From positions 51,460,001 through 51,524,000 of the forward strand of contig OX597828.1 in the NCBI GenBank assembly GCA_951406725.2: a DNA stretch of 64,000 bases. The letters run 5' to 3'. Under the pieces are notes generated by a model. It made no database searches. It saw only the letters and a program-made list of their open reading frames with translations, and was not told the origin of the DNA. Positions 13,112 through 28,287 of the stretch are shown in pieces. The stretch comes from Octopus vulgaris (lineage: Eukaryota). Positions within the stretch are counted from its first letter, which is position 1; the number at the start of each line of letters is the position of its first letter. The position numbers and the translations under genes were made by a program.

Positions 13112-13210
13112 AGGCATGGAAAGCTCCGAAGAAAATGCCAGAGGCATGTTGTTATGGTATTGTGGCACATATGTGAACCATATTCTTGAGTCATTTCAAG
13201 ATGTAACAAC
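12791..13210 (+). mobile_element. Isolated RTE-type 5' leader fragment split by a microsatellite
   Basis: 13141-13188 is homologous to 13784-13832 in the leader of the downstream RTE; 12791-12920 is GC-rich and multi-hairpin. Confidence 0.5.
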
Positions 13211-13243
13211 ATATAGACCGTTTGCAATTTTTTCCCTCCATCT

Positions 13244-13278
13244 GTCTCTGACGAAGAATTTTGCTCGAAACGTGAAAC
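13244..13278 (+). ncRNA. Degenerate ultra-minimal hammerhead-like motif (same family as 1126)
   Basis: GTCT-CTGACGA-AGAATTTTGCTC-GAAACGTG-AAAC; the GUG triplet is probably non-cleavable. Confidence 0.4.
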
Positions 13279-13390
13279 TACCTTTCTTTCTTTCCCTGAG
13301 CGTTTGCAAAAACTTTGCATTTACTACGTCCTTGCGTTGTTGTTTTTTCTTATTGTGCTTTTTCCTTCGTTTGTTGGGTGGATTTACTAC

Positions 13391-13492
<102 letters not shown>

Positions 13493-13589
13493 ATATATAT
13501 ATATATATGTATGTGTATGTGTGTGTGTGTGCGTCTGTGTGTGTTTTCTTTTTTCTTGGTGTATTTAATTCCATATATTAGGGGGTAGA

Positions 13590-16500
13590 TGGGACTCCGT
13601 AACCGTGGTGTAAGCATCCCATCTAGGAGAGGGAAACTCCAATATAAAACCAGGTCTTTGGTTGCTCAGGGTCCCCTTAACAAGGCTTTACTATCAGCAA
13701 ACTCTGACTCATAGAGTAAACTAGGCTCTACAGCCTGTTTATAGCGGTTCGTCTAGGAGATATAAACCCCCGAAGAAAATACCTGAGGCATGTTGTTCTT
13801 GGTATTGTAGCATATATGTGCACCATATTCTTACTATTATCACTTCCAAAATGTGTGGCTGGTTCTCCACAAGTCTTTAACACTCAAATGAAATCAACTC
13901 TGCAGGTTTCCTGATAACTTACATTTATTCATTCAATACGGCACAGGTTCAGCTTGCAAAAACAGAGAAAGTCCTCTGGCGAGAGAGTGAATGTGGCAAG
14001 GACAGGTAAAGGATATTACTTGAAGTCTGTTATTGAATCTCTACACAGTCAGTGACCATTGGGTGATGGCCGTTTCAGCACTTGCGAGTAACTGTGCTGT
14101 CCGTACTGTCCTCCAGTGGTGACAAAGTAGATATATTTAGACACAGCACTGCTTTCCCCAACAAGGATAGGGGCGGGAAAGGAGCCCTAAGCATTGCTTA
14201 CTCACCTTAAAATTGTCTGTCCGCTACAGCTGTGTGGTTATTCAGTTACGCAATCGAAATACGAAGAAATCTAAAAATTTTAACCTTGGAATATTAACCT
14301 CTTGGAATGTGCGCACTCTCCAAGTCAGTCGCTCCACACCAAAACGTAAAACAGCACTGGCTGCCCTTGAACTAACGAAATACAAGACTGACATAGCTGC
14401 ACTCAGTAAAACTCGTTTTGCACGATCATCAAAGTTAGAATAAAGAAAAGGTGGCTACATATTTTTCTGGTGTGGAAGAAATGAAGATGAACCACGCCAT
14501 TCTCATGTTAGTTGTGGCATCAAAGCAGATATAGCCTGATCTCTTCTTTCTCTACTCAAAGATATTTCTGATCGCATCACGACACTAAAGTTGGAACTTG
14601 ATCAGAGCACTCGTGCTACGCTTGTCAGTTTCTATGCCTCAACCAAGGTCAGCATTAAGCAGGAAGAGGGATGAGTTTTACAACCAACTCCGTTATGTCA
14701 CCTCCTTTTGTCATCATAGGGATAAATCTATCCTTATGGGCGCCTTTAAGGCTCGAGTTGATTATCAGACATGGGAGGCTGTACTTAGTTGCCATGGTGT
14801 AAGTCGGATGAACTCCAGCGGTCTGGGTGTACTATCCATCTGCAGGGAATTCAGGCTAAGCATCACAAATACCTTTTTTCAACAGCGACATTGTTGTAAG
14901 ACGTTCTGGATGCATCCTAGATCACAGAACTGGCACCCTATAGACTATGTTATCATTAAGAAACGAGATATTAGTCACTTTAACATTACTCGTTCTATTC
15001 ATAAGACCTGTTATCTCTGAGAATTCTCGTCTCGGTAGCAAGGCTACGTTCCATCTGAAACACACAAGACTACAAAAGTCATCAGTGCCTAAGCACATTA
15101 ATGTTCTGCCTTTGAAAACTGTTGAAAAGCAGACTGAGCCCTCTATCAAGTCGGACACTGCACTCAACGCTGGTGATATCAATGATGACATGCAATCATC
15201 TTGGAAGGCTCTGCATGATGCAACGCACTCTGAATATGTAGAGGTTCTTGGAATTCTTGTTCGAAAACAATAAGATTGGTTGAACGGTAACAACACAAAT
15301 GTCAAATAGTTGATGGATCAAATGCACAGCTCTCACAGAACTTGGATAAATGATAAGAGATCATCCACAAAAGAGAATGCCAACAAGAAATGCAGAGGCC
15401 AGGTCCAACATGCTCGGAGACAAATGAAGGATGCTTGGTGGTCTTTCAAGGCTACTGCACTCCAAGAAGCGGCAGACAGAAAGGATTCTAAAGCCTTTTA
15501 CGATGACCCCAAGAAAGCGTATGTTCCTCAAGAGCACGATGTTACTCCTATTTTTTCATCGAATAGAGAGACACCCCTGACTGACAAATCTCAGATCTTG
15601 AAACGATGGAAAGATCATTTTGAAGCCTTGTTGAACTCTACCTCAGCCACTAATGACGACATCATAATGTCTGTTCCACAGCACACTCTAATACCAGAAC
15701 TGTCTCGGGAGCCAAACTTTCTCGAAGTGGTAGACTCTATTAAACAGACCTCTTCTGGTAAAGCACCTGGCAGGGATGCTATCCCTCATGAAATTTAAAA
15801 ACTTGGACATAAGCTCTTTTAAAAAACTGCATGATCTCTTCATAAACATCTGGAAGGTACCACAAGACTTCAAGGATGATTCAGTCCAACATCTGTATAA
15901 GAACAAAGGCAACAGAAATATCTGTGATGATCATCGTGAAACGTTGTTTCTGCCTATTGCCGGTAAGATTCTTGCTCAACTCAATTTTGACAAGATCATA
16001 AAGCACGTTGGTAATGATATATACCCAGATGTACAGTGTGGATTTCGCTCTGGTCGTGGCACTATCGTCATGATCTTTTCTCTCCTACAGGTTATGGAGA
16101 AGGTAAGTGTGAAAAATCAAGAGTTGTTCTTGATATTCGTTGACTTTACTAAGACCTTCGACACTGTTAACCAGCAAGCACTATGGAAATATTTGAAAAA
16201 GCTTGGTATACCTGACAAACTGTTGAATTTTATCATCTCCTTTAATGAGGGAATGAAGGCTGCTGTAGTGTCCGGTTTCGAATCTTCGGCTCCCTTTGAC
16301 GTTACAAACGGCACATGGCATAGTTGTGTTATGGCCCCTGTTTTGTTTGCACTCTTCTTTTCAGTGATGCTGAGGTAGGCTTTTAGTGACATGCAAAGTG
16401 GTGTCAAATTCCAGTTCCGATTAAGTAGTGGACTATTCAATCATCAGCGTTTCAAATCCAGTACACTGCTACGCACCAGTATCATTCGTGGTTTGCCTTT

Positions 16501-17525
16501 TGCAGACGATGCTGCACTAGTAGCAATCTATATAGAAGAAGCTCAGAAACTTCTAGACCAGTTTTCTGCTGCCTGTAAAGCCTTTGGCTTGGCCATCAGC
16601 ATAAAGAAGATGGAAGTAATCCACCACCCTTGCCCTAATCCTAAACGAATTCGAGGTGTCAAGTGGAGGTCATCGCTTCACAAGTTTTCTGATACTCCTA
16701 TACAGGTTGATGGGAAAAGCCTAAATTATGTGAAGTCATTTACATATCTTGGTTGTAAAGTGAATTCGTGCCCTTCCCTCGATGATAAAATCGTCAACCG
16801 TCTTGCATTCGCAAGCAACGCATTTAGCAAACTCCGTCATCGCCTATGGAATGGAAGTGGCATCAAACTTGACACCAAAGTGTAGGGTTATATACCAGCT
16901 ATACTTTCCAATCTCTTGTATGGCTGAGAATCGTGGATACCTTATATACGATACATTAGCCTCTAGAAATCTTCCACAGAGACTGTCTGAGGACAATCTG
17001 CGGTTATGCAGTAACAAAGTTTCTAATATTAACTTGTTCAGCAACTGTAAGATTGGTGGAACTGAGAGCTTCCTTTTACAATCAAAATTGCGTTGAACTG
17101 GCCATGTCGTAAGAATAACTGAAGAAAGAATACCCAAGGTCCTCATGCAAAGCCAATTTGAGAGTGAACACAGGAAAGTCGTTGACCATGGCTCAGATAT
17201 AAGGATAAGATGAAGAGTAACCTCTTAGTGATGAAGACAGCTCACAACACCTTTTAGCGAACAGTTTTGGTACGAACAAAATGGAGATCGATGTTTCGAA
17301 ACGGTATTAAAACTTTGTTGCAACCAATATTAACAGGTTTCGGGATGCAAAACAAAAGAGAAGTGCGGCTTCAAGCATACCGCCTACACTGACCTGTAAT
17401 TCTCAAACTTGCAACATTTGTGGTCTTCTTTGCAAATCTTTGTGGGGATGTAAATGTCACATTCGACGGAGAAAGGAAAAAGAACTTTGTCGGAACCAGA
17501 TACGTTGAAACACACGAGAAAGACC
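13590..17525 (+). mobile_element. Near full-length decayed RTE (BovB-like) LINE: 5' UTR, APE endonuclease, RT
   Basis: SWNVRTL..ALELTKYKTDIAALSKTRF, MGAFKARV, WMHPRSQNWHPIDYVI, GKAPGRDAIP, QCGFRSGRGT, FVDFTKTFDTV, FADD and FTYLG; many stops and frameshifts. Confidence 0.95.
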
Positions 17526-17527
17526 AT

Positions 17528-17585
<58 letters not shown>

Positions 17586-17601
17586 ATATGAATGTGTGTG
17601 C

Positions 17602-17643
<42 letters not shown>

Positions 17644-17720
17644 ATATACATGTATATATGTATATATATATGCATATACATATATATATATGTATATATA
17701 TGTATACATATGTATATATT

Positions 17721-17756
<36 letters not shown>

Positions 17757-17758
<2 letters not shown>

Positions 17759-18085
17759 TGGCTCAGTGGTTAGAGCGTCGAGCTTACGATCGTGAGGTGG
17801 TGAGCTCGAATCCCGGACCAGGCTGCGTGTTGTGTTCTTGAGCAAGGCACTTTATTTCACGTTGCTCCAGTTCACTCAGCTGTAGAAATGAGTTGCGACG
17901 TCACAGGTGCCAAGCTGTATCGACCTTTGTCTTTCCCTTGGATAACACTGGTGGCGTGGAGAGGGAGGCTGGTATGCATGGGCGACTGCTGGTCTTCCAT
18001 AAACAACCTTGCCCGGACATGTATCTAGGAAGGTAACTTTCTAGGTGCAATCCCATGATCATTCATGACCGAAGGGGGTCTTTAC

Positions 18086-18088
<3 letters not shown>
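17757..18088 (+). mobile_element. tRNA-derived SINE family C
   Basis: Pol III A box TGGCTCAGTGG and B box GCTCGAATCCC, CORE-like GTGTTCTTGAGCAAGGCACTT; inserted in (TA)n. Confidence 0.8.
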
Positions 18089-18144
<56 letters not shown>

Positions 18145-19004
18145 CATATATATACATGTACCTATGCATACATATGGGTATATAGATGCATAAACAAACA
18201 CGCACACACACGCGCGCTCACACACACTCACTCGCAGATATATATAGAGAGAGATATGCTCACAAGCACAGTCGATCGTAAATATTATTAACGATATTTA
18301 TCTGAAAAACACTGCTAAGAAATTGTAAAAAAAAAAATAACGAAGATCATTGCAGATTATTGTGATTTAAAAATTCCACAGTCTACATTAGCAAAACTCA
18401 ATTATGATTACCTTCAGGAGTATCCCCCATTAGATAGTAAGAGGTTCCTCGAAATATTATATTCTCAAAAACGTGAACATCTGAAAATATAATAAAAGAA
18501 AGAAAATATAAAATCTGAAATAGTTGGTAAAGTTTGAATAACAATTATTGAGTAAGGCAAAACAGTAAATGAGAGAAGATAAGCCTAAATTATGAGGCGG
18601 CTACTATAAATTCAGACGTAGGAACTTAATATTCCTAGTATCAAAATTATCGTTCGTATCATCAACAACATTATATATAAAGCTGACAGCATAAATCATA
18701 TCTTCAGGGATGAAGCTGTCATCAATATTTGGATGAAAATCTTTCTTACGATATTTATTATCAGTTTTCCGAAGAGCATCATAACCAAACATGTCACAAT
18801 AATTGACATTCTGCGCCATCTTCACTAGTGTACAATTCCAGAGCGAAATTCAGAGAACAACACTCATATTATTGAGGAAATGCTTATAAATATACCATAG
18901 AACATACACACACGTCTTAAAATAATGTATATAAGATTACAATACCAGAAATATATATTTATATATATATAGATAGATAGATATATACATATATATATAC
19001 ATTA

Positions 19005-20120
19005 TCTTTATATATATAAAACTGACAATGTTTGACTGTCTGTCTGTCTGTCTGTGTGTTCCCTAAAACTTGAGAACTACACAACCAATTTCATTCAAAT
19101 TTTACACATGCCTTACTTCGGGTCCGGGGAGTGTCATCGGCCAATAAAAGTTTGAACTTTTTGCCTAGGGCGAGCCCACAGCAATATCATATCTTCTCCA
19201 TTACGATTCCCTAGAATTTGAGAACTACACAACCAATTCCATTCAAATTTTACACATGCCTTACTTAGGGTCCATGTAGTTTCATGGGCAAAAAAATGTT
19301 CAACTTCTTGCCTAGAGCGAGCCCATAGCAATATCATATCTTCACTATTTCAGTATTACGTGTTAAAAGTGAAACAAAAAGTTTCTCTATTTTATGTCAG
19401 ATACTTTCACTTTAACAATAAAAATAATAATAACAATTGAGTTATATGTAGTAAGTAATAATTAAAATCAAACTAAAGTAACATGACAAAAGTAAAAATA
19501 GCAATTGGTATAAAATTGCATCAATGATTTGAACTTGAATAAGTGGTTTCACATGAATGGGAATAAATTAAAAATAAAATTAGCGTGCAGAAATGGAATA
19601 GTCCAGATGGATAATAAAAAATTAAATTAAAGAAAAAAGAAGATTTGAACACATGGAGGAAAGCACTTTCGAAAAGTGTCTTGGTGCGACTATGAAAGGT
19701 ATCTAATCAGAGGTGGTAAATTCGCCACAATAGAAGTAAGGTTCGAGTCAACGGAGCGTGCAAAGTGGAAATATTTTATTTTTACCTTTATATCTGAGAC
19801 GTAGGACGTCCAGGAAAAAAAATTTAAATACCCCCCCCCCCCACCAGAAGTAGAGGTAGGCTGGATTGTAGCCACACTTCTATACAAGAGGGAGGACAAG
19901 ATACAATTGATTGAAATTACAAGAGACGGGCTAACAATTCCAGTCTGTTATATATTTTGAGTATCGTTATCACTAGCGATATCAAGATATAACTTTGTAT
20001 TTTGTATTTTATGTGTAGATGTGTATATATATAGATGTACATGTAATATGTACACATATATATACGCATATATACATGCACTAGCACTATGACCCGGCAA
20101 CGACGGGTCTTTAATGCTAG
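19005..20120 (+). mobile_element. Non-autonomous Helitron
   Basis: A|TCTTTATATATATAAAA 5' end, (CTGT)n, tandem ~150-bp internal repeat (19069-19200 / 19219-19345), 3' hairpin GACCCG..CGGGTC then CTAG|T. Confidence 0.8.
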
Positions 20121-22089
20121 TATATATATATGTATGTTTGTATCTATGTATTTATACGAATACATATGTATATGCATATATATATATATGTAGGTATATA
20201 TGTGTGTGCGTTTGTGTGTGTATGTGTGCGGGTGTACGCGAATATATTAGTTGGTGACTTGTATTTTCATATGCTTTGATAAAATGAAGAGAAAAGAAAT
20301 CATTCAATACGAAATTATTAGAGGAGCAGGTGCAAATATCTACATAATATGTATTCGACAATATATATATTGGGCTTCATGACATGTAAGCACGGGAAAT
20401 TGTAGATTGTGTATGTTAATCTTAAACTCATATATCTGGGAATCAAACGGGCTCAAAAGGATAGGTATGAGTTTCTACCCCGTACATAAGTTCCTTAGTT
20501 AATTTGTTAATATGCCTACATTTATGAGGATCTGAGGGCTCATATCGGAATAATCAATTGAAATCTCAATTTTATTTAAAACAGAATAAAATGTCCTCCT
20601 TACTCCATAGAAAAAAAAATGTCCGTTACTGTTGAGGTAGTGTCGGTTTGGTTCGTGTAAAATTTAATCATTTTTGTATCTCTCAATTAAAGTATATGTT
20701 CTGTTCTGAGGGATGTTGGTTATCCTCTTTTTTTCCTTCTGTAATATGCTGTGTAGTTGTATTGTGGAATTTTTGAACGTTCACTTTTCTTGTCTATGCG
20801 TTTATCTTGTTTTCTGTAGTGACTGCACAACTAATCTTACTTAGCATGCGCAATCAACAATTGACAGCACCTTGTTAATGTAAAATAGGCACCAATAAAA
20901 ACCACTATAAAATCCATCCCGGGAAATCTTCAATAGAATCGCATCCATTTGTTGAACGTTCCAATTTATATAAATCGTAAAATCATGGGAAGCTACTAAT
21001 ATTTATGTAATATATTTGAGGCAGTTTAAAATTACATTCCTTATTGACTACTTATATTTTTCTCACGCAACTATGCACAAAATATATTTGGCACTTTTAG
21101 TAAACAAGCTTATTATTCGGGAAATAATGGATCTAGACTGTTTACTAAAACAGCTAGCGGATATTGCATGCCTCGATTCCTAGAAAATAAATATTTGAAG
21201 CGAACAAGGCAAAATTTATTTGCACGGTAATAAAAGGTGGGATATGTCAACAATCAACAATTTTAGTTGGAGAATATTTAATTGGCCGCCATACTTTTCA
21301 CATGTTGCGTCTGAACTATTTGCAAAGTCAAATGAAGTAAATTTGAAAAAGTAGAAATCCTGTAAAAGTTATATATTTCTGATAAAACTAAAACTTTATA
21401 TAAATCATATGACAAGTACACGAAATTTCAGCCAAATTTCAACCAAAGATGATATAACGAAGTTGAAAACTGCTCAAATTTCTATATTGTTTAGCCAACC
21501 TTAAAGCACATCTAGCAATGACAAATCACAGATAGTAATTTGATTCCAAGACAGATGTAGATTACTTCATTTAATCAGGAGTGATGAATTTGTGTCACAC
21601 ATATCAAACAATATTAATTTTATTAGCAACAGAGTCGTAAATATATTCACATTGTACTATAGCAACACTGAATCATCAGCTGCCGTACATTATGCAAAAA
21701 CAGACAAATTATATTTAATTGATACTGGAACTTTAGTAATAAAGGAAATCGTTTTGTCGATAACCAATGTTGGCAAATAAAATGAGAGTTCGGAAAATAT
21801 ATATCACAACTTTAATAGAGGAACATAACATTGACAGATCAGTGATTCACTCTAAATATAATTTGTCACGTTATATCGCAACTACGAACTATAATCTACC
21901 TTTTTTGCTACAAGTTATTTTACTCCAATTATATTCAGCTACTCACACACATACACGCCTGTGTGTATGCATAAACAGAAATGTAAATATAAATATGTGT
22001 CTGCGTGTGTACGTATTCTCTTCTGTGTTTTGTTATTCAAATTCTTTATGGGAGGATGGAGCACGTTTCTAAGATCGAGAATTACCTTG

Positions 22090-22372
22090 CATATACTCTC
22101 ACCTCGAAGACCACCACTTCACGCTGTTCCACTTCCACCCTCATTTGTAAATTACTTGGTGACGCTGCTGGTGTCCTACGTAAAATGTACCAGGGTTATT
22201 GCCACTTAATAAACATACAGTAAACTCTGTGATCTGTTTAGAGTAAGGAAAGGCGTCCACTCGTAGAATCCATGCCAAAACAGACAATGCTGTCCACGGC
22301 TTACCACCTTCTGTCAAACCGTCCAAGCCATGCTAGCAGACATTAAATGAAGATGATGGATATAACGCTGAT
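22090..22372 (+). mobile_element. Degenerate SINE/LINE tail of RTE type
   Basis: AGGAAAGGCGTCCA..CCATGCCAAAACAGAC..TGTCAAACCGTCCAA..ATGAAGATGATG tail. Confidence 0.45.
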
Positions 22373-22524
22373 GATAATGTGTGTGTATATGTATAGATGC
22401 ATATATATACATATATACGTATGTGTATGTATGTGCGTGTGTGTGTGTGCGCGTGTGTGTGCGTGTGTGTGTGTGTATATAAACACGTAGGTACATATAC
22501 ATGGATGTAGGTATATTTATACAC

Positions 22525-22574
<50 letters not shown>

Positions 22575-22604
22575 TATGCATGTAGGTACATTTATACACA
22601 TATA

Positions 22605-22650
<46 letters not shown>

Positions 22651-22671
22651 AAGCACCTACAACATGTAGTT

Positions 22672-22958
22672 GCAGGCGTGGCTGTAAGAAATTTGCGTCC
22701 CAACCCCACATTTCCGAGTTCAGTCCCACTGCATGGCACCTTAGTCGAATGTCTTTTGCTATGCAACTGGCCGACAGAAACTGAAAAAATTCCTTCGAAT
22801 ATGTGTTTATTTCCACCTAACTTAGCAGATCGGCAAAGGGGACCGCTAGTATAATTAATAGGCTTTAAAAATAAGTCCTGCCTGTGGTCAATTTGTTCGG
22901 CTAAACCTCTTCGAGGCAGTGGCCCAGCATGGCACCAGTCAAATGACTGAAACAAGAA
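22672..22958 (+). mobile_element. SINE family A, degenerate
   Basis: CAGTCCCACTGCATGGCACCTT and CAGTCAAATGACTGAAACAAG motifs. Confidence 0.8.
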
Positions 22959-23719
22959 ATAAAAATTTATTGCAAGTAATAATTAAGAGAACAGGAATGA
23001 GAGAGAGTCCAGATATTCTTCCTGTATGAGAACTAAATAACAAGCTGATTTCTCCTACATATGATACAGTAACCCAAGAATATTTAAATTAACTAATACT
23101 ACAATAATTTTCTGAAAAGTTAATTGTGGTGAACATCACGAAATTAGATATAATTAATATATTCTAATTTAATTAATATGTAATGCAATGGGTTGTGAGT
23201 TTCATATTTAACACTACGGTGAGAATTGCATAGCCATTTCTTTTCTCCAACCCGGAATTTTAAGCAAGAACCAGCCATGTAGAAAATAATCATTCACATA
23301 AATTATTGTGCCATTTTAATTAATTAGAATTGGGTTTGCTTATAGCATTAATTCTGCTGACGGCCGATTTAATGTTCATTTTTGTGTAAAAGAATCACAC
23401 AAGCTCATAGTTTTGAATTTTATGTTATTCTTCCATAATATAATCTTCGTCAGATTTGCCTTAGTGTTTACCAATGGTCATGGCACCAGATACAAAAGTG
23501 ACACAGAAATAATTATGCATAGAATAAAATTTTCTCGATGAAAACGGAAACAGGGTCATAATACTGAAGAATTTGAGTTAAATGCAAAATCATTCGATAG
23601 CACTGACATATACACAATGGAAGAGTTATGTTAAACTACGTAAATGATGATTAAAAAAAAACAACTTATGATGTAGATTTGTAAAATTCCATGAATTATC
23701 TCACTTGTCACAAACTGTT

Positions 23720-24172
23720 TTTTATCTTTCAGTAGTTAGACTGTAGCCATGCTGGAGCACCACCTTCAAGGATATTGGACGAATGAATAGACCACAGTGC
23801 TTAATTTGTAAGCCCGATTCTTTTTCTATCGGTCATTTTTGTCGAACCTCAAAGTTACGGGGACGTAAACACACCAATGCCGGTTGTTTTCCGGTGGTAA
23901 GGGAAAAGACACACGTGCAAAGACACAAAGACACACACACGCACACACATCAACACGCACACATACACGCATGCACACACGCAAGCACACACACAAACAA
24001 ACATACACACAAACGACGTCCTTTTCCCAGTTTCCGTTTACCAAATCCACCCACAGCGCATCAGTTGCCCTGAGACTGAACTAAAAGACAATTTCCTAAG
24101 GTACCAAACAGTGGGACTGAATGCAGAACCATATGTTTTAGAAGCAAGCTTCTTACCGCAGAGCCACGCCTG
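23720..24172 (-). mobile_element. SINE family A
   Basis: Reverse-complement match across head, body and tail. Confidence 0.85.
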
Positions 24173-25401
24173 CTCTTATCACTATAAATTTAACATTCAT
24201 CTCTTAAATTACTAATTCAACCGTCAAGGTCTACAGTCATTTCCACTTTGTTGGAAATATATGTTCTTAGTATTTTAACTGTAACAATTTATTTGACGAT
24301 TGTGAGTTTCCAAACATTAAACAAACCGAATGTTAAGTTTAAGTAGATAAATATACGAATAGCAAGCAGACTTTCTCTCAAAAACATATAAATAAATAAA
24401 CAAGACAGAAACAATATTACTGTATTTCTGGTCTTTCATCTAACAAAGAAATCATCGATGGAACCGTTTCCAATCTTTAACGGAATCAAAGAACGCAATT
24501 AGTTTACTCCAACGACGTTAGAGTCAACAAATAAAGCAAGATGATGGAAGAACATATGATTTAAGCCACCATTCTTTCTATGTCTGAGAATGGATGTTGC
24601 AAAATAGCTGTTAAATATTTTTGTCTTGCAATTATAATTGAAATATAGATACCAGCAAATACAATTTATCATACAAAGAAGATTAGCTTTCTCTATATAT
24701 TCTTCATGAAAGAGAAGCATTCTAAAGTTTCTAAAACAGACAATAGATGATAAATTAGCAAAAGAAGGATATATCTTAAAAGAAGTGCAGCAATCGAAAT
24801 ATGAAGTAAACTTCTTAATAGTTTTTCAAATTCTTAGGAGTTTTGGGGTGAAATTGATGAGGTGAAACCATCGATTCTCGTAGGAGTACTCTGCATTATT
24901 TAATCGACACTGAGGATACAAAAGCCAAAGTTGATCTCAGCGTAATTTGAACCCAGAACATTAAGAGACGTATAAATACCAAACGTTATTTTGGCCGATA
25001 CTCTAAAGATTTTGTCGCTCTTTGCAATGCAACTGGTTATGAGTTTATATATACATACATATATATATATATACGTTTAAATATTTGTTGTGCATATATA
25101 GACAGAAGATACAAATATTACAGGCATCACCCCACATACACACACTAAATAAACATAAACGCACATAGAGATATAAGCATGCGCAAATGAAGACATACAA
25201 TAGAAATACAAAATGGCTGACGGTTAGTAAGGAGAGACACAAATAAGAAAGAAGAAAAGAAAGGACCACTGATGCTGTCACAGGAGTGTGACGAAAGAAC
25301 CTCTGGCCGAAATAAGATTAAGATTAATGTAAAAAATTAAATAACACTAAATATATAGTGCGTGTGTTTTTATTGGCTAAACTTGCAAAATGACCATTCC
25401 G

Positions 25402-25451
<50 letters not shown>

Positions 25452-25921
25452 GTGTGTACATATATGCCTGTATAGCATTATTCAGTTTATTTAGAGAACT
25501 CTTGCCAATAGAGAATGAACCGGTTTCTAACCTAGATCCAAGACGCCTTCATTGGGATTCCAACATCAACAACAGGGTATCTTTGTATGCATGTATGTGC
25601 AGATTTGTATGTTTTATGTATGTATTCTTATGCATATAGTTGCATTTCGAGACATGCTCATATATATTTAAATGATAAACTTCTGGAAAATTTTACAGAT
25701 TTTTTCAGTTCCAGTGATACGTTGGATCTATAGTCTTCGAATCCTAGATCCTTTGAGAATGTTGTAACTAGGTGAAGACTGTTTTTTTATCTGATGCATA
25801 TTTTTGGCATGTTTTAAGTCACCCACAAAGAGAGAGTGTGTAACTTCAGTGTTTCTGTTGCCTTGTGAACCAGTGAGATATGTATGTATGTGTGTATGTA
25901 TGTATGTTTGTGTGTATATAT

Positions 25922-26138
25922 TATTTCTTTACTGCGCACAGGGGGCTAAACATAGAGGAGACAAACAAGGACAGACAAAGGGATTAAGTCGATTAGATTG
26001 ACCTCAGCGTAACTGGTACTTAATTTATCGACCCCGAAAGGATGAAAGGCAAAGTCGACCTCGGCGGAATTTGAACTCAAAACGTAAAGCCAAACGAAAT
26101 ACTGCTAAGCATTTCGCCCGGTATGCTAACGGTTCGCC
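25922..26138 (-). mobile_element. SINE family B
   Basis: ATCGACCCCGAAAGGATGAAAGGCAAAGTCGACCTCGGCGGAATTTGAACTC. Confidence 0.9.
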
Positions 26139-26412
26139 CTTTTCAAGCTTAGCCAGGTTCATGGACCCGCTTTCCCGGTTTCTATGGCGCATGTGCCCCC
26201 CCCCCACCTAGCTGGACGGGACGCCAGTGCATCGCAGCGTTATTCAAGAAACAGGAAGAGAGAGTGAGAGAATGTTGGTGCGAAAGAGTACAACAGGGAT
26301 TGTACAACACCATCACTGACAAACGCTATGAAAAAAGACCATTATACTAAGGGAAATTACTATGTTATAATTTCGCTACTTATATAAAAGCGCTAATCCA
26401 ATGACCGCTAAT

Positions 26413-26630
26413 CGTGTGTGTATATGTTTGTGTGCCTGTGTTGGTCCCGCAACATCGCTTGATTACAAATGGTGGTGTGTTTACGTCACCGCAACGTAGC
26501 AGTTCGGCAAAAGACTCCGATAGAATAAGAACTAGGCTTCTAAAGTATAAGTTTTGGGGTTCAATTTGCTCGACTAAAGGCGGTGCCCCAGCATGGCCGC
26601 AGTCAAATGACTGAAACAAGTAAAAGTAAG
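26413..26630 (+). mobile_element. SINE family A, 3' half
   Basis: Tail-region match. Confidence 0.88.
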
Positions 26631-27322
26631 TAAATAAATAAATACATTTTTAGTATTTCATTTATCTATTGATCATCCTAATTTCCTTATCTTTACGTTT
26701 CTATACCCGCCTGAGTTTAAATCTTTTGAGTACTACCGCGCGTATTCTATACGGAGAATGTGTCGATCTCATATATGAACCATATCCATGCATATATGCA
26801 TACATTCACATATACAGATGTATATATACACTAATGTATATGCATACAGACATATATACAGTTTTATACAGGTAAACATATACGCATTTATCCATACACA
26901 TACACACGAACATACACGCATATACATGCACAGATCGCATACATATATATCCATCACACGTACATGATTTCATATATACACCTTCATTACAATGAAGGTA
27001 TTTTAATTAAAAAGTACTAAAACAATAGCAGACATTCTCAAAATACGATTCCACTGATTGTTGTAGTGCATTGTTTGACATTCTTTTAATGCTACACAAT
27101 GTATGAAATATATTTATATATATATATGTCCCTGTGTGTGTGTGTGTAGTTGTGTGTTTCTTTATGTATATATATATATATAAAGATATATTTATGCATA
27201 TGCATATATATGCATATATATATAAGCATATACAAAGTATATAAATATGAGTGCGTGCATGTGTAGATATGCATATGTGGCAGTGTGTACTTATATAAGT
27301 ATGTATGTATATAAATAAATAA

Positions 27323-27353
<31 letters not shown>

Positions 27354-27401
27354 GTTATATATATGTATACGTACATATATACATACGCATATACAAGCAT
27401 G

Positions 27402-27474
<73 letters not shown>

Positions 27475-27865
27475 CCTGTGTGTGTGTGCGTGTGTGCGTC
27501 TCTAGATTCACTTTTCCGTAGACTTTTTCTAGTAAATATCCAGATCTGTTATAGCAGCGCCTGACTAAAACAATTGCGTTGTAGACGATCATTTATAACT
27601 ATGCAACACCAACGTACCAAAACAGGTTTTCACTTTTCTCTTTCCAACCTTTATGTATTAACATATATATGATATCAAACAATGACAACATTCTTGAACA
27701 GGAAATACGATAGCATTGTTCTACATAAGTAATATGTATGAATGAAAGCAACATGCAAGTTCGGTGTATCTTTATGTATGTTTAAATAAATGTCTATATA
27801 ATATATACATAGTTCGCGATCTATTGTGAGAAGGTTACTATCAAGAATGTGAAGTCAAAAGTATA

Positions 27866-28287
27866 CTCTCTCTTTTACTCTTTTACTTGTTTCAGTCATT
27901 TGATTGTGGCCATGCTGGAGCACCGCCTTTAGTCGAGCAAATCGACCCCAGGGCTAATTCTTTGTAAGCCTAGTACTTATTCTATCTTTTGCCGAACCGC
28001 TAAGTTACGGGGATGTAAGCACACCACCATCGGTTGTCAAGCGATGTTGGGGAGACAAACACAAACACATAAACATACACACACACACGCACACACACAC
28101 ACACACACAAACATATATATATATACGATGGGCTTCTTTCAGTTTCCGTCTACCAAATCCACTGACAAGGATTGGTCGGCCCGAGGCTATAGTAGAAGAC
28201 ACTTGCCCAATGTGCCACGCATTGGGAATGAACCCGGAACCATGTGGCTGGTAAACAAGCTACATACCACGCATCCACTCCTGCGCC
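27866..28287 (-). mobile_element. SINE family A, full length
   Basis: From the GGCGCAGGAGTGG head to the (AAGAGTA)n tail on the minus strand. Confidence 0.92.

Noticed and set aside
17757-17825. tRNA gene
   Set aside because: It has A/B boxes but runs into a SINE body and lacks an acceptor stem.
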